Positions 50,717-62,918 of a DNA stretch of 64,000 bases are shown in pieces (position 1 is the first letter of the stretch; every line of letters begins with the position of its first letter). A program made the translations under genes and the position numbers. The stretch lies in the IMG/VR virus record IMGVR_UViG_3300028833_000066; one strand, 5' to 3'. The notes under the pieces were generated by a model. That model did not search any database. It had not been told where the DNA came from and saw only the letters and a list, made by a program, of their open reading frames with translations. Origin of the DNA: a virus (taxonomy: Duplodnaviria; Caudoviricetes).

Positions 50717-51158
50717 TCAAAGTGCGGCCGAAACCGCAATAATCACTTACTTTCGTTGTCTTTTTATTATAGCGTGCTGCTAAATGACTAAGCCACATAT
50801 CACGTCCTCAATAATGATTCATCGTGCCGGTGGTAGTTTAGTGAGAATCCATCCTTACCGCACACTAAGTGTTTTTATCGCCAGTTTGTGGTTCCCACAT
50901 AACCCCCCAAGACTCGACTTTACACTTCATTCTGGCAAAGCATAAGCGTCATCATCTATCACATACTCTAGTTATGTGATGCTATTTTAGTATCACTTTT
51001 TTGGCATAGCTGCCTCACCACAGCTGTCGTCGCTCACGAGACGTATAAGGATTATGGAGTATAGTCTGAGAAGTTCATCTACAGACACTCCTCCCCTTAT
51101 ACCGCCGGACTTCAACCGGCCAGTCATATCCTGTCAATTCAGGCTTTATGTGGTTGAA

Positions 51159-51232
51159 TGGCGGGGGATAGAGGAGTTGAACCTCTCTAGCGCGGTTAAC
51201 AGCCGCGTGCTAATCCGATTAGCGAATCCCCC
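51159..51232 (-). tRNA. tRNA-Asn(GUU)
   Basis: Loop CTGTTAA, CCA. Confidence 0.9.
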
Positions 51233-51363
51233 AAATATGATGTTTGCCTTTACTTACGCATAAGTGTTTGCTGCTACCAACATCTTGGCGAGAGTGGTTT
51301 TCATCCTCTGTAAGCTCCGCAAAGCTTACCCTCTTTTCATATATATTATATCATAAATTTGAT

Positions 51364-53064
51364 TTAAGTCAAATATCGAAGTGGTGTATAATATTCAGTT
51401 TCTAATTCTTTAATAAACCTATCTATATTAAATGTAATTTTTTTCTGCCAACTATTCACTCTACCATAAATTTTTGGTAAAGAAGTAGATTTAAAGTAAA
51501 TTTTTAATGTATTATATGAAAATTTACTATATGTTCTATAATAGTTAAAATAGAAGTTACGAATTAATTCCCAAACTTCATCGGCTAATTCTGGCCTTTC
51601 TTGGACAATACTTAAAAAGAAAAAATATTCTTGAGCCATTATATGGCATAATTCTTTAATAATATATTGTACAGAAACATTAGCTTTTTCGGCTATATTA
51701 ATTGCGTGAACGCCATTAATAATAATACCAGCAGGTAATTTTTTATAAAAAAATTCATTATTATTACTTTTAGTAAGAGAATTTTTATCTATATGCTCAT
51801 AAAAAGTTGGCATATAAATATGTTTTATCATAGGATGAAAATGCCATTCTTCTTCTAAAAAATCAATAATTATTTTACATGCACGGCTAAAACCATAATC
51901 TTCATTAGCATATGAACCTTCTTTACTAAAATGAATATCATACATTTCGATAAAAGAGCGTTTATATACAGAGCCAATTGTTTTATCGTCTGTTCTATCC
52001 ATTAAAATATTTTTATCATCATAAATATATGAAAAAGTATATAATTTAATATAAGTGTTTTCCTATATTGCTGTTAATATTGTATTTATACCATCATTAT
52101 AGAAATAGTCGCCGCTGTCTAAAAAACAAATATATGTACCATTGCTATGTTCTATACCATATTGACGGGCTACACCAGGCCCGCTATTTTCTAGTAATGT
52201 ATAAAAATGAATGTATGGATATTCATTTAAAATATCACTATAATCCATATTAGAACAATCATCAACTACAATAACATTGACTAAATTATTTGGCTAAAAT
52301 GAATTTAATGTACGCCGTAAAGCATTTTTATTTTTATAAGTTGGAATAATAATATCTAATGTAATATTATCTGGCTAATTATACTGAACGTCATTCCAAG
52401 AAAGATTCTTATAATGATTAAAATGAGGAAAAAGATCCATTTTATAAATGCCAGCAAAGTGAGTAATTTTTTCGTGCTTTGGTTCATTTGCCTAAATACA
52501 TACATTATAATCGCTAGGCAAAATTAAACTATGTCCTCTAAAAAATTCATTGAAGCAATCTTGTTCTTTATATCTATACCAATAGGTATTTAAAGCTTCA
52601 ATCAAAGCATCATCTATATGGTCTTCGCGTATTTTTTTAAGATTTAACATTGCTACGCCCATATTAAAATATGAACCTTCGGCTTTTGTCAACTAAGCTT
52701 CTTCAACAGCAGCAATATAATATTCAGTTAAATCTAATTCCCATAAATTAGATATATTTTCATTAATAATTGTATCCATATCAATTGATAATATACGATC
52801 TAACTGCGGGAAAATTTTAGTATAAGCGGCTCGTAAAAGAACCATATATGTACAAACGTTTTTATAATTAGGCCCATTTTTAGGAAAATAAGTCTAATTA
52901 CTAACATTAATACATTCAATTTCTGGCGGCAATTCATATGGAAAAATATCATCTTCAATTAGAAAATATATTTTTTCAACATTAGAATGTTCTAATAATG
53001 ATTTCGCCGCCGTCATCATATCCTAATATATATTACGAGTTCCACTATAAGCTGCTGCTCTCAT
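51364..53064 (-). CDS. GT8-GT2 fusion glycosyltransferase (7 in-frame TAG)
   Basis: ILSIDMDT, YFNMGV, EQD, HFAG (GT8); IIIPTY, VVDDCS, GPGVARQYG, FLDSGD (GT2); 566-aa frame. Confidence 0.85.
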
Positions 53065-53090
53065 TTAATCACCTAAATAATAAAAATAAG

Positions 53091-53162
53091 TACCTCATTC
53101 CGGGGATGCTCCGGACCCTCGTGCTTGAAGGGCACGCGACTTAACTGACCGTCCCATGAGGC
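53091..53162 (-). tRNA. Atypical tRNA-Glu(UUC)-like
   Basis: GCCTCAT/ATGAGGT; loop CCTTCAA (C33); T loop AGCATCC. Confidence 0.6.
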
Positions 53163-53904
53163 ATAACTAGCGGTTTGATAACTCAGCCGCAACTGAGTAG
53201 GCTACACTGTGTGACGAGAGCGGTAGATGAAGCCGCTTCCTTTGCCAGTTTAGGGAGCTACCCTAAGAGCTGCCCGGGACTACCAATCCATTTTCCCTGC
53301 CTTCTCGTTTTTCACCTATTTATGGGTGCAGTTACTACTTCTGCTTCTCCCGCCCTTTTCGTGTAACTACTACTCGGGGCCGGTAAGGACGTGGCTCGTT
53401 TCCTTCCATCCCATGTGCTTACTTTGCTCTTCTTTTATTACACGCCGAGCAATCTGGTATATGCACTCGAAACCATATAGTTTGCGTATTGGCTGTTCTT
53501 CAAACTCCATTTAACCCATTCTTCCTAGCATGCGACCTAGAGCTCTTTGGCCTTAGCTTTTCAAAGCTTACACGCTAATTACGGCATTTGGGCACCTTGT
53601 AGACCATTATTGAGCGTCTTACTTTCTCTTTTTGTTACGCAGTTTTCCTCAGCGTATGTGTTCCATCCCATTTTTTGGATTTCTCCCCTCAATTTGGTGA
53701 GGATGCCGAAGAGCTTAGTTTCACACATAAAGTCCTGTCATTGCTCTATCACTCTGCCTGCCTACCAGAGTTGCAGCAGTTTGCCCCTGCTTGCCGAGAC
53801 CGCATATTTATATACCGCGAACGATGTGCGGTTACGCTCTCCGGTGGCCGCCTTTGAGCGAGGCTAGACTCTAAGTGCATCAGGGTTTATGATACCCAAG
53901 TGCC

Positions 53905-53978
53905 CGCACCGTATTCGGGAGTCGAACCCGATAAGTATCATATACCTTTTCGCCCTAGCACCAATTACGATTCGGTGC
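53905..53978 (-). ncRNA. tRNA-like RNA (acceptor and T arm only)
   Basis: GCACCG/CGGTGC; TCGGG-TTCGACT-CCCGA; no canonical D or anticodon arm. Confidence 0.55.
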
Positions 53979-54020
53979 TTATCCACGACCAACCTATTCT
54001 CAGCCGGTTGGTTAAGGCTT

Positions 54021-54095
54021 TGGTAGCGGCGATGGGAGTTGAACCCACTATTTTCTGGTTATGAGCCAGACGACTTTCCGTTTGTCCTCACCGCA
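54021..54095 (-). tRNA. tRNA-Met(CAU), 1-72 mismatch (initiator-like)
   Basis: Loop CTCATAA, U1xU72, CCA. Confidence 0.87.
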
Positions 54096-54380
54096 TCATA
54101 GAAGGTTTTCCTCCGCAGAGAGGGATACCTACAACCCCAATGCATTGTGAGCTTTTTTGTTGTACTCGGCCCAGAATTTCACTGGGTCGCCGGCTGTAGG
54201 AACTCAACTACATCGGCAATGTGAGACTTCTTTATTTAGCTTCCGGGCAAGGAGTGAGGAACACATCAAGCAATCTCTCCTACGCGGTGAACCTAATTTT
54301 TATACCGGCGGTCACTGCTCTCGGTTGTACCATTTAACTATTTATTAATCGCTCTGAAATGCGTACCAAAGGAGCGATGA

Positions 54381-54453
54381 CGACTTCGACGGGAATTGAA
54401 CCCACGATTTCCAGTGTGACAGACTGGTGCGATAACCACTACGCTACGAAGCC
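54381..54453 (-). tRNA. tRNA-Asp(GUC)
   Basis: Loop CTGTCAC, G73. Confidence 0.92.
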
Positions 54454-54559
54454 ATATTCGGCTTAAACTATTTTTTATACTCATTGCCGTAGTTTGAGTT
54501 CAAGGCTTTTCCCTTACCTTGTATATATATTATACAATAATTTCGAGAAAAGTCAATTG

Positions 54560-54715
54560 TTAATCTTCATAAACTTCCGGTTCAATTTCCATCTGTTCGC
54601 AGAAAGCAGATTCCACATCATACCAAGTCTCATGAAAATCGTAATCATAACGATAGTCATCATAAAATTCCTCTGCGGTGTAATCACGTACAAAGTCATC
54701 AAGTTCATTAGGCAT
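54560..54715 (-). CDS. Small highly acidic protein (51 aa)
   Basis: GGAGGAG RBS and own promoter; 19 of 51 residues D/E. Confidence 0.6.
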   Translation of the reverse strand: MPNELDDFVRDYTAEEFYDDYRYDYDFHETWYDVESAFCEQMEIEPEVYED

Positions 54716-55111
54716 AATGTCTATCTCCTCCCTTTCTACAATTATATTATATCATAATTTTGAAAATTGTCAAGAAAGAAATACCTGTAATTTTTACTAG
54801 TATAATTTATATTGGGGTATAAAATATAGGTTCAAAATTACAGGTAAGTGCCTTCGCCATTCGCGTAATGACGCTGGCGGCCGCCACTTTGAATCACGCC
54901 GCGGCAGGCGTTACATCTATGTCGAAGATGAGCCGAGCGGTTTTGTCATGCCGTGTTCTCCATGGTGTCATTTTATCTAGGCTGGCTAACATCACCTGAC
55001 GCTTTGGTAATCCGGAATCCCTTTTCAGCACAAACGCCATCACTGGCACTGATCTCGACAGTTACATACACGCTAGTCTTTTTGCCGCGGGCAGGTCAGG
55101 ACTAGAAACCT

Positions 55112-55187
55112 TGGAGTGGTAAATGAGACTTGAACTCACGGCATTCACGTTGGCAACGTGACGCTCTACCAACTGAGCTATTACCAC
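55112..55187 (-). tRNA. tRNA-Gly(GCC)
   Basis: Loop TTGCCAA, CCA. Confidence 0.93.
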
Positions 55188-55229
55188 AAATAGGTTGATT
55201 ACGGCTCAACCTTAAGCCGCCAACCTACA

Positions 55230-55568
55230 TTATAGAAGATTAAAAAGATTTAGGGATTCAAAGAGGGTTGGAATATCGGCAATTGAATTAGTTGTATAGT
55301 GGTAAGACTTATACTTCTTAATAAAATTGTCAAGTAGTTCCGCATAATGCTTCTGGGCTGCGACCATTTCCTTGCGGGCTTCATCAAGTTCAGCAGCTGC
55401 GGCCTTACGCTCTGCGGCTTCCTTCTCTTTCTTTGCTTTAGCTTCTGTCTCGGCACGTTCCTTACGGATCTTTTCACGATTCTCTGCCTCTTTGGCTTCA
55501 AATTCGGCCTTTTCGCAGGCTTCTACAGTGTCAAAAAGTTTGTTAAGCTTTTCAGAATAAATCTTCAT
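55230..55568 (-). CDS. Coiled-coil hypothetical protein
   Basis: RBS; E/K/A-rich helix. Confidence 0.7.
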   Translation of the reverse strand: MKIYSEKLNKLFDTVEACEKAEFEAKEAENREKIRKERAETEAKAKKEKEAAERKAAAAELDEARKEMVAAQKHYAELLDNFIKKYKSYHYTTNSIADIPTLFESLNLFNLL

Positions 55569-55682
55569 ACAAGTTCCTCTCCTTATATTAGTGGTTCCTA
55601 TCCCACATTTTTATATAGTAGTGAGGGATCTCTCCCTCATCTACTATATATATTATACACTATTTTTTAAAAAAGTCAAATA

Positions 55683-56090
55683 TTAAGGTACTTCTTTCCA
55701 TCCAGCTGGATAATCTGCTGGCGACCAAACATTGCCATTAATAAGGCTTTCATATACCTTACCGTCAAAGCGTACTTTATCACCAATAGAATAAGCATTC
55801 GTGCTATCGGGTTGTTCCCAATCAGGAATAACATCGGGGTCGGGTATTAGAACTTTCGCAAATAGACTTGGAGCAGCGATTGGCGTCCAAGCTGACTATG
55901 AAGTGTGAGTTTGTAATACTTTATAAAGTACTCCATCATAACGTACTCTCATATCTGGTACATACTATACTCCCTCTCCAGACCATAGCGGATAAAGCTC
56001 CTTAGCTTCAAGAGCATCTTCATCACTTAAAGATACAGCGGCTTTTTCAATGTATGGGCGTAATTTCATTGCTAATTCATATAGTTTCAT
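55683..56090 (-). CDS. Carbohydrate-binding (CBM5/12-like) tail-associated protein (2 in-frame TAG)
   Basis: VRYDGVLYKVLQTHTS*SAWTP; YSIGDKVRFDGKVYESL..NVWSP. Confidence 0.8.
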
Positions 56091-56091
56091 A

Positions 56092-56349
56092 TCAATCAAC
56101 TCCCAATAGTATCTTTGTGGCCGCAAGTTCATCATTAAGTTCATCAATAGCACGAGCATTTTCAGCTGTAATGGTAGATATATATTCATCTTTAGTATAG
56201 CTTACATAATCATAAGTATAAATAGTTTCTGTTACTCCATCTACTTCTTCTTCTAAAGTCTATACATTTAAAGCAACATATACATAATCTGGAGTAATTT
56301 CAATATTAGGGGGTGATTTCTTACTTTTAACACGACCATAATTAATCAT
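56092..56349 (-). CDS. Tail-region hypothetical protein (1 in-frame TAG)
   Basis: MINYGRVKS...YTKDEYI; abuts neighbours. Confidence 0.65.
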
Positions 56350-56354
56350 AAGTA

Positions 56355-58301
56355 TCAGCCTCCCATTTTTGCTGTCCAAGCAGCAATATTATTATTATAT
56401 ACAGCATTCTTTTTAGGAATGAACATTAATTTTGCACCATAAGCACGGTCATATTGTGTTGGATTTGCGTCACCAGCATAGCAGAATAGACCATCTTTTT
56501 CTTTAAAGGCATAGTGGCCGCCATTTAGTATCATATGTGTGCCATTAAGATTATTTATTGTCCATAAACAATCTCCAATTGGTAGAATATTATTAGCTGT
56601 ATCGGAGCATTCAATAGGCATGTATACCCAATCGTATTTTGGATTGCCATATCCAAAGGCTGAAATAAATGACTCAGAAACTGGTAGCATAAAACCAATG
56701 CTTTCATAATTATCAGTTAAAGAGACACTATAATTATAATCTGTACAAACATATGGGATACCACCTTGAGAACTTCTATTACCTACTAGTAATGCCCCAC
56801 CGACCATATGCCATATGTTGCCCCAAGGATTTTCTACTCCACGATAGCTAATAGCACGCTTACCGGCTTCAGAATAAGTAGTATAAACTCCATTAATTTC
56901 ATTAACGGTCTCAGCCGCGGCACCTGATGCGTTGCCTAATGATGCTGTTGAACCAGTAATGCTGCTACAATTGGTATTAGTAGAATTAATTTCACAAACA
57001 CCTAATTCTAATGATAACTGACCATTTGGAGAGCCATATTCAGTCATAAATAGCATTTGGTTAGCACTGTCAGCCCGCATATTAGTGATATGCCAACCTT
57101 CACCACGATTTTGAGCTAGCTACTCAGCATTAGTAATGGTAAACATATTATTTTGGCCGCTAGCTGGTTTTACACTACCAACAGAACTTAATTTATCTGC
57201 TTCAAAAGCAACACCATTTTTGTCAGTAGTTAAATATGTGCTTTCAGAAGTATCATAAATAGAGCCATCGTATGCGGGAAGTAATACATAATCTACTTCT
57301 TCTCCATCGGCATTAATGAATAATGGATGGATTTTAAAACCAGTAATTGGAGTATCGCTTAAAATTAATGATTCTTTTTTAACTATCTTTCCTAATACAG
57401 GACTATTTTGGCTATTAATTACTACTCTTTGATAATAGAACTTGGGTTGGTATACCATAACTTGTCCATTACTACCATCATCAGCATAATTAGCATCGCC
57501 ATACCAAGCAGTAATTGTGCCATTATCGGCTACATTACAACGCTTGCGGCCGCCAAACATAGCGTATTTATTATAGTCGGCACCCGGTTGTAAAATTTTA
57601 CCATCTTGTGTGCGAGTATAAACTTTATTTTCATAGTCTAATTCCATACCAACAACACCAGATAATGAATAAGCACCGGCTTTAATTAGAGCTTCAATTA
57701 CATCTGCCTCAGTAGCATTGCCAGCGGTGATATTGCCATCTGGTCCAACTACAACAATAGTTCCAGCATTGTCTATGCCTAAATTAGTGCTGCCGCCGCC
57801 ACCAGATATAGTAATATTATTAATGGCTGTTTGTAATTCTTGCTTTACGCTATTTACATAATTAGTAATAGCTTTTTGAGTCATTGTACCATTAATATTA
57901 TTGCCTGATTGCTGATACATTATTAATAAATTTTTAATAGTTGATGTATCACCTGCGGGATATGCTGTTACCAAGTTTTTAGAAATTGCTTCATTGGTCA
58001 TTGAAGTTGTTAAACTTAATGCTAATTTATCAATTTCATTATCAACTGCGGTAATATCAACGCCTGAAGAAGCTTCTTCAATATTTTCAAGAGCTTCATT
58101 GACTGCGGCTAATGCGGCATTAGCATTATCTAACGCTTCTGCCGCGGCCTCATTATTAGCATTAGTTTGCTCAGTTATTGTATCTATATTATTAATTGCA
58201 GTATTCGCATCTGCTACGGCTTTTTGTGCGAGAGCAGCATAAGTGGAAATACGCCCTTTTGGTGAAAAACCGCCACCTAAAACAACATCAATTATATCCA
58301 T
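56355..58301 (-). CDS. Tail-associated structural protein (TAG at 57120 joins two track ORFs)
   Basis: GTMTQKAIT, GQVMVYQPKFYY, YRGVENPWGN; 648 aa. Confidence 0.75.
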
Positions 58302-58306
58302 TTATC

Positions 58307-58540
58307 TCACTCTCCTTCGTCCTCTTCGCTAGAACTTGCACCGCCATAGATACGGACCCAAGTTTTATCACTTTTAGCCATATATACTTCAAGGCCGGTC
58401 GTGCCTTCTACTACTAAGGCGATCGTGCCAAGATTAATTTCAGATGGATCAATATTATCTAAATCTGCGACTGTATCGCAATAATGTTCAAATGTAATTA
58501 CATTGTCTAATGAACCGCGACGTGTCATTTTATGTGCCAT
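58307..58540 (-). CDS. Hypothetical protein
   Basis: Packed ORF upstream of tail gene. Confidence 0.6.
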   Translation of the reverse strand: MAHKMTRRGSLDNVITFEHYCDTVADLDNIDPSEINLGTIALVVEGTTGLEVYMAKSDKTWVRIYGGASSSEEDEGE

Positions 58541-58583
58541 TATTCATCACTTCCTTATAAAGTGTTTCGTGTCCTTCCATAAA

Positions 58584-58617
58584 AAATAAATGGGAAGGAC
58601 TTCTATATCCTTCCCAT
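58584..58617 (-). terminator. Terminator-like hairpin in tail region
   Basis: ATGGGAAGGA/TCCTTCCCAT followed by a T-rich tract. Confidence 0.6.
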
Positions 58618-58711
58618 AAATGTAAGTAACTTAAACTTGTTCTGTGCTATTTTCATTTACACGTTCTAAAACTACTTGGCTATTTTCAATTAGTATTATA
58701 TATTCTCAAAA

Positions 58712-59434
58712 TTACCCATTCGCATGCACAGTACGAATTAAGTATTTATCTGTCATTTGAGTTATAATTTCTTGTAAATCAGATAACATTGGTTTTGTGG
58801 CATCCATATTAACAACTGTGGCACTTGTATTGTCATTAAATGTTGTTTTCATTTCTGATAATTGATCGCTAATAGTTTGCCATGAATTTCTAGAAATAAG
58901 ATTTCCTTGAGTGGCTGTATTATCAGTAAGCTAAAAAAATGTTGAAAATTCATTTACCTTATTCGCAGTAATTAATTCTTCTGCTTCAGGAATAACTGCT
59001 CCAAATTGGACTCGTAAATTGGATACTCCATATGAACCAGTATATGTACCAGCAGACTATCTAATAGCACCTTTTATAGTTGTAGTAATTTTTAATGTTA
59101 AATGGTCACCGGGATTTACTGCTACATTTGAATCTATGTTTGCTGTAGTGTTTCCTAAATTAATGCTCACAGAATATAAACTCGTATTACCTCTTAGTAA
59201 TTGAACACTAAAAGTATGAGTCCAGGTACATCCAGTTGAAAAACTTCCCCAAGGATTCCCTAAAATTTTAATATCTGAAGCAGTAGGACTTGCAACTAGA
59301 GTTGTTGGAATATCAAATTCATATGTGCCAACAGCTGTTGTCCATGAGTTTGATGCTGAACCGCTCGAATAAACTGTACAAGTATCCATATGTCCAAAAG
59401 TAGCACAAGTATAACATATATAACATACTGCCAT
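58712..59434 (-). CDS. Tail-region hypothetical protein (2 in-frame TAG)
   Basis: 240-aa frame to TAA under read-through. Confidence 0.65.
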
Positions 59435-59435
59435 A

Positions 59436-62400
59436 TTACTTCACCCTTACCCAAATGCGGCCATCTACTTTTACGTTACTACTACCCCAAGTCTCATAAT
59501 TGGGTATTTCGCTGACATATCCTATGATACAATCTGGATATTCTCTTATTTCATCTCTTGTCATAATATCCACTGTACCATTTGGAGCTGAGCATACTGC
59601 CATACCAGCGTGATAATTTGTGCGGTCTTGATAAGTATAAACTAATACTCTTCCTGCGACGGCTACTGGCGTTTTAGCCTCATTAGTTTTGCCTTCAATA
59701 AAGCCAAAAGTATCAGAAACAATCTAGGCACCGGGGAGAAGACGCTTTGTTGCCAATGATACTGTGCCGTCATCGTTATCTATGATGACGTTGCCAGGTT
59801 TAAGGGGTTCAGCCGCACGACGATATTCAGCATAGTCATTCCAAGCAGCACCGTACAGGACTTTGTTAGTTAAATCTACATATACAGCCGCCGCACCATC
59901 TGGACGCAAACGCAATTTATCTACACCATCTTCATAAATTATATCTATAATTCCTGATGTTGAGCCGTTTGTAGCTTTAGATAATTCTATTTCTCCACCT
60001 TCGGTATTACTAATATAACTGCTTCCACGTAAATAAACACTTCCGCTATAAATTCCTCCTGTGGCAGATAGTGAGCCCTCACTAGGATTAGCATATATTT
60101 TATTATTTAAAATAGAAGTAGTATCGCCGCGAGAGGTAGTAGCTGTAACACCAGCAGTAGCACTCATAAGTAATGGATATGAATTATTAGTGGTGCTATA
60201 AGCCTGAGTAACTTTAGTATCAGAAGTTGATACAGTAGACCAACCGCCTTTTTGATTTAAGAATTTAGTTGTATCACCGGAGGAAGTATTCATTCCGCTA
60301 ATACTAATTGTGCGAGTGCCGCTTCCAGTAATTGCTCCGGTAGCATCTAGTGCGATACCGGCACCTGCGGATAATGTAATAGAAGTTACTGTTCCTGCAT
60401 TATTAGTAAATGATGCCCAAGTGCCTTTTTCAGTCAGACATTTTGACGCACTTCCGCTTGGTGACGAACCGTTAGGAGAAAATGGTTTAACTCCTCCATC
60501 TTTATACCAATAAATTGGATGTTCTGGCGTTAAAATAATTGCAGCTGTGCTATAAGCATTACCTAATTTAATATAAATAAATCCATCATCTGATGTTGGC
60601 AATGTTTGTGTAATAGGTCCTGCGTTTGCTCCTGTGGCGGTTGCCGCAGCATTAGTACCAGTCGCTCCTGGGTTACGTAATTTTGCAGTTAAGCCGCCAG
60701 CCTATAATGTAGCGACTAGATATACATCTTTACCAGCGGTTAAAGTAGTGCCAGTGTTAAATGAATAACGTAAATCTACGTCACTTCGCATTTGCCAATG
60801 ATAACGTCCATCAATATTTCCAGCAGCACTAACAGTGCCAGTAGTACTATAATATTCTATAGGTCTAGTAATATCAAATTCTTCAGTTGTAATAGTAGTC
60901 ATAGCCGTAGAAAATGGATGACTAGTATTATTTTGAATATCACTAGTATTAGCAGGAATAACTTGAATACCATCTTTATGCGGCAATAAAAGTTTATATC
61001 TGTATAATGCTGCAGTAGTTTTACGATAAGCCGCATTCTGCATTTGTCGCATATAACCTGCTGTATCATTGCTATTGCCGCTATCATAATAATTAACTAC
61101 ACGCCAACAACCTACGCCAGGAATATTAGTTGTGTTACTACTGGCACGAGAAGTAGCGGGGGTTACTGGCGGAAATAGACTGGTAATTGTGCCATCTGCA
61201 TCATATACTAAAGTAACTATTGAATCGACAGGATATTGTCCAGTTAATCTTGTCGTACTGCCATTAATACCAACTGCTCTATATGTTGTCCCGTTATCTA
61301 ATGAAATATATGTTCCGTAGTCATGACTGGCTACAGGAACTCTAATTGTAATTTTGTCTCCATCATTTGGTGTCGCGATGCCAAGATTAAATTTCCAAAG
61401 GGCTCCAGTATAGCCATTTGTGCCATTACCTGCAGCCGCGGTCCCAGTTCCTTTTAAAATTGTGCCACGATAGAAGAGACCAGAATTGATATATTGAATA
61501 GAGGCGTTTTCTGGAATAGTATTTGCGGGCGTACCTATAAATGCAAGTTTTCCATTAAATGCACTATCTCCATTAACTAGTAATTTATAAGTATTCTATG
61601 TTACGGGTGAATTTAACTAAAACATACCATTAATATTAAATCTGCCCTTTTCATGTGAAGTATCAGCTCCACCACTAGTAAAAATGATACTCGCTGATGT
61701 TGGTTTATTTATATACAGAGTATTTCCTGATGTTAAATATAAAACACCGGAACCACTATTCGTTGCTGTACTAATATTAATATCTGCTGCTCCACCAGGA
61801 GACGTAATATATAAATGTTTTCCGCTAGTATTTGATTGCACAGTAACATTAGCATCTGTGGCTCCAACTACTTTAAGTCCAGTAGAAGTTAGTGTTTGTG
61901 TTGTGCCAGTTGAGACTATTACACAATTATTAGTAAATGAAGTAACACCAGTGCCGCCATGTGCAACTGCTACTGTACCAGTGACATTAGTGGCATTACC
62001 GCTTAATGTACCAGTAATTGTATAACCACCAGTAATTGTTTTAGCATAAGGGTCAATTACTAATGGTGTTCCACTTCCAGTTTTTGTAGTACCATCAGCT
62101 GATGCAATACCAAAAATTCTTAACTAGCTATTTAACTAATCAAGAACAATACCCGCCTATGTTGTATTAGCTGTTGAAGCACAAAGCTATAATTGGCCGC
62201 CTTCTCCAGATTCTGGTTTAAGTGACAACGTATTCGTTAATGTTCCAACAGATGTAATACTTGATAAATTTTTCGTGGTTATAATAGTATATCCTACATT
62301 AGCAGTACGTCCTACAGTAGCCGCTGGTAAACTAAACGTTTCATGAAAACCAGAAGTTCCTGTATCAGCAGTTGATTTAGGACACCACTAACGAAAATTA

Positions 62401-62903
62401 TACTAACCAGTAGTAACATTATCAGCATTTCCACTATTATAATAAATTTCTCCAACTTGCGTTTTTGACTTATTATAAATATATACGTCTAGACACCATT
62501 GGTTATTACCATATATATATGTATATCCAGCAGTATAAAGTGATTTCCATCTATTTGACGCACTACCTAGTGTTAATGTATTGTCTTTAGGATTTAATGC
62601 CCCTGTTGACAAAACCATACCTTCAGTAGAGTTGCCAGTTGCTCCACCGGGACGCATTATAATGTTTCCTGTAGTGTACAATCCTAAAGAAGTAGAAGTG
62701 CCTATATGTGCATTAATTGTATCATCATTTGTTAAATTAATGCCAACGGTAGTTGATGAAGCATCTGTTCCAGAAGTATTAATTTTTAATAAATTAGTTT
62801 CTAGATTACTGGCATTTAATACACTAGTATCTACTTCATTCGCATAGAGGGTATCAGTAACCCTAGCACTTCCCTAAATAAGTGTATCTTTTAAAGTAGC
62901 GAT
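59436..62903 (-). CDS. Tail fibre protein (about 1155 aa, multiple in-frame TAG)
   Basis: G/S/T-rich beta repeats, VAHGGTG, C-terminal WNDYAEY...PVAVAGRV; track fragments share one frame. Confidence 0.78.
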
Positions 62904-62918
62904 AAGTCATCACCCTCC

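Noticed and set aside
40660-55190. HDV-like theta ribozymes 3' of tRNAs, known from recoded gut phages
   Set aside because: I found no convincing nested double-pseudoknot pattern by eye; a descriptor search is needed to exclude them.
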